From NCBI GenBank assembly GCA_000004985.1, contig GG738897.1: 64,000 nucleotides of DNA; one strand, 5' to 3'. The position numbers and the translations under genes are program-made. The notes under the pieces are model-generated. The model saw only the letters and a list, made by a program, of their open reading frames with translations, made no database searches and was not told the origin of the DNA. Position 1 is the stretch's first letter; the number at the start of each line of letters is the position of its first letter. Below are positions 56,965 to 64,000 of the stretch, piece by piece. Origin of the DNA: Naegleria gruberi (Eukaryota).

Positions 56965-59133
56965 ATGTCAAAAGTTGAATCTGTTGTTTGTATTACACTC
57001 ACAGATTTCCTAGAGAATGAATTGTATCATCAATTAAAAAACAAATTCTCATCACAAACGAAAGGTTTCGTATTGTGGGAATTAAACAAGGAAATTAGTT
57101 TGAAAGAAAAACAATTTCTTCCGATAGAATATTCTAAAGACAAGGAATACATTCAGAAATGTGCAAAAATTTGTGCTTCTCTCGATTATAGAAACAATCA
57201 ATTTTATAGCACATATCTTGTTAGCTCAATTTATCCGAAATTATTATTGGAAAGTTCAGACGAATTACAGAAATACAAATTGAGTGGTATTAAAAAATAT
57301 GCTGATCACCATTCGAATATTAAAAAAACAATGATTTACAATACGAATCCAGAAACTAGAGAGCTAGTTTTGCAAGCTGTCAAGAAAAATGGAAATGATT
57401 TGATGAAATATCAAAAATTTAATTCGGATAGAGAAATTGTTATTGCAGCAATTAGACAGAATGGAAATGGATTATTCTATGCTGGAGTGGAATTGAGAAA
57501 TGACAGAGAGGTAGTGAGAGAATCAATGAAGGTCAACCAGCATACTTTCTATTACATGTCTGATGAGTTGAAGAAGGATAGATCACTAGCTCTGGAAGCT
57601 GTCAAGGAAATTCCAGGATCTATCAGATATGCTCCTGGTGAAATCAAGAATGATAGATCGTTTATAGTGGAAGCTGCTTTATTGAATGGAAAAGTGTTGC
57701 AATTTCTAGATGGAGAATTTTTGAAGGACAGAGAAATTGTGGAGAATGCTGTATCTCAATACGGGTATGCTATTAAATATGCGCCAGAGGAATTTCAAAG
57801 AGATGAATCATTAATGCTAGGTGTTATTAGAAAGGCACTCAGTTTGGATTCAACAGTAGAAGTTTCTGACGATTTGATTTTGAAATATGTTAAAGAGCAT
57901 AATGGTGGATATTTGGCAATTAAATTGGAAAGATGTTGTAATGTAAAAGAAGTTATATTGGGAGCATTGGAGAATAATGGATCTAGATTGAATGAAAATA
58001 ACAAGAGAGAAAGAGAATTCATCTTGGACATGTTGAAAGAAAATTGGGAAATATTCGAAAAGGCAGACGAAAATATCAAGAATGAAAAGCAAGTCTATAC
58101 AAAAGCATTTGGTTTAAATTGTACATTTCTTGAAGATTCCTATAATTCCGAGCTATTCAATGAAATTTTAAATTACAGAAAGAAGATTCTTGACAGCTCT
58201 CCAGTTGGTAAGATCGACAAGGAAATTGCAAGCAAAATTGTGCACCAGAATTTTAATATTTTGAAAGAATGGAATATCACCAGATTAGATGATCAAATTC
58301 ATGAATACTTACACCATTTCAGCAGTGACAGAGATTTCGTGCTACAAGCAGTTTATCTAGATGAGAAATATCTTTCATTTGCTAGTGATTCATTGAAAGA
58401 TGATTTTGATTTCATGGTGACAATTGCACAACATACCCGTAACATGAGAGATGCATCTCCTCGTTTGAAATCAGATCCTCAATTTATCTTACGAGCATTG
58501 GATTATCTTTATGAATTGAAAGCTCCAAAGGAATTGAGAGCTGATAGAGATTTCATGATGAAAGCAGTTCAGAAAGGAACACATCTCTATCACGCCTCTG
58601 ATGATTTAAAGAACGATAAGGAGTTAGTACTCACAGCCATTAAAGGCAGCTACTCGAACATTTCACATGCTAGTAAGGGTCTTCAAAAGGACAGAGAATT
58701 TATTATTGAAGTTTTGAAAATTGATGGAAATTGTTTGAAATATTTGTCAAAGTCTTTCAAAAATGATAGAGAGCTAATTTTGACAGCTGCTCAATCTATC
58801 AATCCTTACATTGATTATGAGTTGTGTTATGAGCTATTTCCAACGGACAGAGAAGTAATGATGGAGTGTACCAAACAATATGGATACGAAATGATTCCTT
58901 ACAATAGCTATCTTAGTGATGAGTTTCGTTTTGATAAGGAATTCATGTTTCAAATTGCTGCTTCAAATAATTCAGCAACTTTGGATGTGTTTGATATATT
59001 TGGAAATGATAAGGATTTAATAATGAGATTGGCACTTGTTTATGGGCTTGTTCAAAAGTTTGATGAAGATATTTATCGAAAGAGAATAGAATTGGTCTTC
59101 AATGGAGTCAAATTACCAACAGATAAATACTAA
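56965..59133 (+). CDS. DUF4116-type repeat protein
   Basis: 722-aa ORF with about 12 tandem repeats of roughly 36 aa built on [KN]DRE[FILV]V..AV..NG..L.YA (NDREVVRESMKVN, KDRSLALEAVKEIPGSIRYAP, NDRSFIVEAALLNGKVLQFLD, KDREIVENAVSQYGYAIKYAP...). Confidence 0.6.
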   Translation: MSKVESVVCITLTDFLENELYHQLKNKFSSQTKGFVLWELNKEISLKEKQFLPIEYSKDKEYIQKCAKICASLDYRNNQFYSTYLVSSIYPKLLLESSDELQKYKLSGIKKYADHHSNIKKTMIYNTNPETRELVLQAVKKNGNDLMKYQKFNSDREIVIAAIRQNGNGLFYAGVELRNDREVVRESMKVNQHTFYYMSDELKKDRSLALEAVKEIPGSIRYAPGEIKNDRSFIVEAALLNGKVLQFLDGEFLKDREIVENAVSQYGYAIKYAPEEFQRDESLMLGVIRKALSLDSTVEVSDDLILKYVKEHNGGYLAIKLERCCNVKEVILGALENNGSRLNENNKREREFILDMLKENWEIFEKADENIKNEKQVYTKAFGLNCTFLEDSYNSELFNEILNYRKKILDSSPVGKIDKEIASKIVHQNFNILKEWNITRLDDQIHEYLHHFSSDRDFVLQAVYLDEKYLSFASDSLKDDFDFMVTIAQHTRNMRDASPRLKSDPQFILRALDYLYELKAPKELRADRDFMMKAVQKGTHLYHASDDLKNDKELVLTAIKGSYSNISHASKGLQKDREFIIEVLKIDGNCLKYLSKSFKNDRELILTAAQSINPYIDYELCYELFPTDREVMMECTKQYGYEMIPYNSYLSDEFRFDKEFMFQIAASNNSATLDVFDIFGNDKDLIMRLALVYGLVQKFDEDIYRKRIELVFNGVKLPTDKY

Positions 59134-59597
59134 GGCAAGTTACTTCCTCAATCTACATTAAGAAACGTAATTATTGAGTTAGATTTTTATGGATTGAATG
59201 AAATTAAGCTAATGGCAGTGAAATTTGAAAAGCAAATGGCAATATTTGCATTTAGAAAAATTACCCTTGGGTGGCGTTTATTCTACGATGAGACAAGGAC
59301 CAAGAAAATATATCCGAAAACCTTAATATTGAAAGAATTCCCTCTATTGAGAAGTGTTAGTGGATTAGTTTTTATTGCAAGTGATTGGTTAGTAGATAAG
59401 ATGCAAAATAAGGAACTTGAGAATTTATTGTTAGAAAAAGAAATGGCAGTGGAAAAGATTGAAGATTTTGGTAAAGAAAAATTAATTCTCATGGTTTATT
59501 AGTAACACTAATGCTCAATATCAATAAACTTTGAGATTAACAAGAACAAACAACACAAAGACTATTGTGCTTAATTTCTAAAAACTTTATTTTACCT

Positions 59598-59840
59598 TTA
59601 TTCTTCAAAGGCATTTGCCAAGTCTTTCTTTATTTGCTCTTTATCAAATCCATATATACAACCACAACCAACGCAAACCTTCATGCTAATATCTTCAAAA
59701 TGTGAAATACCAGAAAGTTTAGGCAAGTAACCGTCCTTCGTTTCACCCTTATAGGTTAAGCAACTACCATCCCTTGGACAAGAGTCTACCTCAAAAAAGT
59801 CCTTTCCCTTACAATTGGCACAACTAACCTTCTTCTCTTT
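59598..59840 (-). CDS. small Cys-rich protein ORF lacking an in-frame ATG (ATG-TAG immediately upstream)
   Basis: An 80-codon coding-like frame KEKKVSCANCKGKDFFEVDSCPRDGSCLTYKGETKDGYLPKLSGISHFEDISMKVCVGCGCIYGFDKEQIKKDLANAFEE ending in TAA at 59598. It is preceded in-frame by ATG (59846-59844) then TAG (59843-59841). Confidence 0.3.
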   Translation of the reverse strand, partial: KEKKVSCANCKGKDFFEVDSCPRDGSCLTYKGETKDGYLPKLSGISHFEDISMKVCVGCGCIYGFDKEQIKKDLANAFEE

Positions 59841-59951
59841 CTACATTTTTTTAATTTTTGAATCTCGATAAATTTCTTTGGCCAACAAACAATGAAAGAA
59901 ATTATGTAATGTTTGTTCACGTTTCGCTTAACAAAATGATATGAACATGAA

Positions 59952-60022
59952 AGGGAGATAGTTCAGTGGTAGAACATGGGATTGTGGTTCCTAAGATCAG
60001 GGTTCGATTCCCTGTCTTCCTA
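59952..60022 (+). tRNA. tRNA-His (anticodon GUG)
   Basis: AGGGAGA-TA-GTTC-AGTGGTA-GAAC-A-TGGGA-TTGTGGT-TCCTA-AGAT-CAGGG-TTCGATT-CCCTG-TCTTCCT-A. Discriminator A73 as in eukaryotic tRNA-His. G-1 is not encoded, consistent with post-transcriptional addition by Thg1. Confidence 0.7.
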
Positions 60023-60341
60023 CTTCTTTTTATAACTATTTGTACAAAGCTTGAATTTAATCTGCACTGTATAATGTTAATTTTGAATTTATATTAAGGT
60101 TCAACCAAATCTTGATACTTCCACACTCAACATTTCCAATATTACTTGGTGATTTTCAATTCTCTGTTTATGGTGCTCTGCATATTGGTTCATTTGTATG
60201 ATATTATTTGATTGATCACTTAAATATTACTTTATTAAGCTCATCAATCAAATCGAATATAGTATCAATTCTGTTTCATCATGATCGTGTTGTAATCATG
60301 CTAATTTTCAACAATTAATCAAACATGACAGCATTCTTCAA

Positions 60342-61972
60342 TTAAACCATGATATCTCCCTCCCTACGTTTCTTAACTTGTTCAATTGAATTTTCATTTG
60401 GGTCTTTTTTAATGAGTTCAGTAGTGTCCTCCATTTCAGTCTCGTCATCATCTTCATCTTCCTCCTGGATTGGGAAATGGGTAGAACTCACTTGTTGAAC
60501 TGTTACAGTCTTCATTTCTTGTTCAGATTCAGTGTACATGAAATAGGTCACACTCAACAAGACAATAATGCAACCCAATAATTGCCAAATTGACTTTAGC
60601 GATTCTTGCAAAATGAGACTACTGAAAACAATTGTTGAGATTAATCTCAAGGCAATTATAGAGCCAACTTTTGTAGATCCAAGCAAACCAATTGCAAGAA
60701 TATTTAAACCATTGGCCATCATGTATACTAAAATAGTAAATCCAAAGAACATGCCCCAATCCTTAGAATTCAATCGAGCCCACAAAGTCCAATCATCAAA
60801 TATTGCACTTGGCACAGCAAATATAAAGACAAGAATTAATAATTGATAAATGAATAGTTTCTCTCCAGTAACACTAATGGTATTTCCCTGAGATTCTTCC
60901 TGTTTCATATATCTCAAAGAGAGCATGTACCAAACAAGACAACAACTTGAAACTATACTTGATGAGATACCTAATACATCCCATGGTGTAATATTTTCAG
61001 AAATGGTATTAAAATCAATCTCAATTGTGATTTCAGTACATACACACCATCAGTTTTTGGAACAATACTTCCAATAATTATAATAGCCCCTCCTATAAAT
61101 GTAGCAATCATTGACAAGATTGCTTTCAATCCAAATGTTTCCTTAGTATGTGAATCTCTAATAAACCATCTGTTATAAACAAATACTGTTACAAAAGCCA
61201 GAGTAAATGGACTTGACAATGCAAACAATTGAACAAATAGTGGAATTGTAAATTTGGAGGCAACAACATTGGTAAATGATCTCCCCAACAATGCACAAAA
61301 GAAGCTAATGAGAGGTAATGAGAATTTAATCCACTTCTTAATCCTCTCGAATATAGACAATTTCATTACAACATGATGTTGAGTATTAACATTCATTCCT
61401 TCCTTGTTATTCTTCCTATTCTTCCACTTATTCCTCAAATAAACAATTAACAAGAAGAGAATTCTGGGAGAGTATAATAGAAGGGCAGCCATATGACAGC
61501 TAGTAACCAATAGCATGGGAGGAAACTTATTTGGAGATTGAGATTGCAGATACCTCGAAAAGATTGGATGTGTACCATAAAGTGTATGTACTGAAATACA
61601 TGCTAACCAACCCAACATTGATTTGAGTATGGGCATTGAATCTATTAGATTTGAAACTCTAGAAGTGAGAGATTGCTTCTCCCTCTCTTGATCTCCGTAA
61701 GAAGAAGAATTAGTGGATGTTATAATATTATCTTGTTCATCTTGCTTATGATGATAATGATGAACATAATCAATTGTATCATGATTCTCCTCCGATGATG
61801 AATTATTTAAAGCTTCATGTCCATTCTCCTTGCCTAATTCATACTGTTGTTGTGAAGGTGGTTTTCTTACTTGCAGCACCGACACTTCATCATTTTCAAC
61901 AACTGTTGTTGTGCTTATTAATAGTGATGATGATTCTTCGAGTGAATGTTCTAACAGTTGTTGCTTCGACAT
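60342..61972 (-). CDS. drug/metabolite transporter (DMT/EamA-like) superfamily membrane protein, 2 exons
   Basis: About 10 TM helices. The track ORFs 60971..61972 and 60342..60926 are offset by two frames. They are joined either by a 77-nt intron (GTGTGT at 61047 ... tattag, exon 2 from 60970) or an 86-nt intron (GTATGT at 61043 ... tcaag, exon 2 from 60957). Both restore the frame. Confidence 0.5.
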
Positions 61973-62133
61973 TTTCTTTGTAGATGATCGATACAGACCA
62001 CACTACAGATCTTTTACAGCTTTGTTAAATTATTGATGGTTCTTGAACTGTATAACCTGTAATTTTCTACTGCCTAATCGAGTCATTATGGGATATGAGG
62101 ATGTTGAAATTCTGTACAAGTTCTACTGATTGT

Positions 62134-63861
62134 TTATTTCTTTTGCATAAGCATGTTATTTGACTTGATAAAGAAATCACCCTTATCGAATAACTTTAAA
62201 AGAATGACCAGAGTTTCCTTATCAATTTCGAAATTTCTCTCTGCCTCATCATTCATCATATTGGCACCATGATAATTTTCAGTGGCAAAGATGGAATCAA
62301 TATTGACATTGAGCAATGTTGAAACTTGCTCAATAACTTGTTTTTTGGTTTCTTGTTCTCTCACTTCATCCATCTTGGTAACAATCACCAATGGTTGATA
62401 TCCATATCCAAGAGATTCTTGATACATCTTCTTGAGCTTTTCAATGAGCTCTTTATCACCACGATCACCCTGAGCAAGGAAAAACAAGATACAGTGTACT
62501 TGATTTTCATCACACTTTTCAATTTGCTTTGTCATGATGGATTCACTCATCTCAAATGATTCTCCGAGAAGTCCACGTAACCAACTTAGGAACAGGGTTG
62601 GCTCAGTGAAGGTCTTTTCTGAAATTCCAAAAGAATCACCCAATAGGAAAAACAAATTGCACAATGTTTCATCTTCAGGAAAGATCTTGGAGAAGCATAC
62701 CTTTTCAAGACGTTTGGTAACATGATCACCTCCAGGAGCTGTAATTGCGAATGATGTGTGCTTGTTTTGTATAAAGGTTAATCCATGTACTAATGTGACA
62801 ATACGGTTGAAAAAGGATGATTTTCCAGATCCAATAATACCAAATGAGAAGATGTACAATTTTGAAACCTTACTTGATTTAGGTGGTCTATATTCTAGCA
62901 CTTTATAGCCAAAATCACTTGCCCAAAACTCAACATGACCCTTTTCGATAATACTAGAAGAGGGAGTTGTGATGGAATATTCTAATTCCTTGCAAATATC
63001 CCTAACAGTTGCACCATCTTTTGGATATAGCTCAATTTCAAAAGTTGCACTCGATTCAGGGTCAACACCAGACTTGGTTTTGAAAGTCTTACTATCGAAA
63101 TACGAGTTTCTATTAAATTTGATTACGGTCCCTGCTGGGATTTCCTTATCTGAATCATTTATGATTGTAACCATGATTTTTACATTCTCACCAATATGAT
63201 AGGGTCTGTTTTTGAGTGTAAACTTGATTCTAACAAAATCCTCATACTCTTTAGAAACAATTTCAGCTAAAGTTTCATTCAATTTGGACCATTCTTGGAT
63301 GTGGTAACCCTTTTGTGGTGAGATGGTTTGGATAAATGATTTGTCTATACCAGAGCCAACACCGATACAGCAAATGTCAACGTTGGCCAGCTTTAAATCA
63401 TTGGCGCGATTAATAGCTTCAATCTTGTCATCTGGAAAACCGTCAGTAAAGACGAAGAGGAACTTTCTTCTCTTATCTGTCATTTCATTCTTGATAATGA
63501 TCAGAGCTTCATTGAAGGCACCACCTAAATTGGTTCCTCCTCCAAGATTAGCAGTTCTAACCTTTGGCACTTTCTCAAGGATTGTATCCAAGTCAGAACA
63601 AACTCTTGCATGAACTGCACACTTGGAACTGAATTCAATAATGGTGAATTGATTGTCTTTGTTTTGTTCATGTAATTGTTTTACAACACCTCTGGTAGTG
63701 GAAAACATTTGACAGCAACTATCATCCTTCATAGAAGGAGAAGTATCCCCTAATATACCAACATGAACTGCTTCATGAGTCTTATCTGTTTTCTTTTTCA
63801 TTGGTCTGTCCCTCTTGGTTGAATCATTTTCTGAATATTCCACACGGTCTTTAGTATACAT
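62134..63861 (-). CDS. vWA (von Willebrand factor A) domain fused to P-loop GTPase domain
   Basis: N-terminal vWA region with MIDAS-like GDTSPSM and VFTDGFPDD. C-terminal GTPase motifs: G1 GIIGSGKSS, G3 LLGDSFG, G4 IVTKMDEV. Single 575-aa ORF from ATG. Confidence 0.6.
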   Translation of the reverse strand: MYTKDRVEYSENDSTKRDRPMKKKTDKTHEAVHVGILGDTSPSMKDDSCCQMFSTTRGVVKQLHEQNKDNQFTIIEFSSKCAVHARVCSDLDTILEKVPKVRTANLGGGTNLGGAFNEALIIIKNEMTDKRRKFLFVFTDGFPDDKIEAINRANDLKLANVDICCIGVGSGIDKSFIQTISPQKGYHIQEWSKLNETLAEIVSKEYEDFVRIKFTLKNRPYHIGENVKIMVTIINDSDKEIPAGTVIKFNRNSYFDSKTFKTKSGVDPESSATFEIELYPKDGATVRDICKELEYSITTPSSSIIEKGHVEFWASDFGYKVLEYRPPKSSKVSKLYIFSFGIIGSGKSSFFNRIVTLVHGLTFIQNKHTSFAITAPGGDHVTKRLEKVCFSKIFPEDETLCNLFFLLGDSFGISEKTFTEPTLFLSWLRGLLGESFEMSESIMTKQIEKCDENQVHCILFFLAQGDRGDKELIEKLKKMYQESLGYGYQPLVIVTKMDEVREQETKKQVIEQVSTLLNVNIDSIFATENYHGANMMNDEAERNFEIDKETLVILLKLFDKGDFFIKSNNMLMQKK

Positions 63862-64000
63862 TTTTTTGCTTTGAATCAGTTTCTGAAAGGATCTTGTGGA
63901 GCTAATAATTATTTTCGAAACGTGCTAAAGCAACTTGATTGGTTACCCTTAAACGTGATTTTGTAATCAGATAATTTCAAATTGAAACGTGCCAATCTTA

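Noticed and set aside
59194-59502. 102-aa ORF downstream of the DUF4116 gene
   Set aside because: The track start is TTG and the first in-frame ATG gives 96 aa with no motifs. It might be a real small gene, but there is nothing to support it.
1-64000. Prokaryotic-style reading (operons, defence islands, CRISPR)
   Set aside because: Genes need GT-AG introns to stay in frame, and the products are eukaryotic-type: heterotrimeric G-protein components, HDAC11, METTL3, cofilin, MARCH ligase, F-box proteins. tRNA-His lacks an encoded G-1. No direct-repeat/spacer arrays are present.

Overview
This looks like a eukaryotic nuclear genome fragment, not prokaryotic. GC is about 35%, and many ORFs are interrupted by short GT-AG introns (42-156 nt, donors mostly GTAAGT/GTATGT). 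Gene content is typical of a free-living amoeboid protist. A BLUF-domain/class III cyclase fusion (photoactivated adenylyl cyclase), a DUF4116 repeat protein, a 34-kDa actin-bundling protein homolog and a cathepsin B suggest a heterolobosean such as Naegleria. That placement is an inference only. Note that the supplied ORF track often starts ORFs at TTG/GTG, so I moved several starts to the first ATG. I count about 38 protein-coding genes, three canonical tRNAs (Glu-UUC, Glu-CUC, His-GUG) and two paralogous tRNA-like genes with 9-nt anticodon loops. Most notable items: a G-protein signalling set (a divergent Galpha-like gene directly followed by an RGS gene, plus two more RGS fusion proteins); a roughly 1.75-kb inverted-repeat-bounded insertion with a GATGATG-rich core inside an intron of a large NHL-EGF-TM receptor kinase gene; a vWA-GTPase fusion; and a Cys-rich ORF that begins ATG-TAG. 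Intron boundaries were worked out by hand and are approximate where noted.
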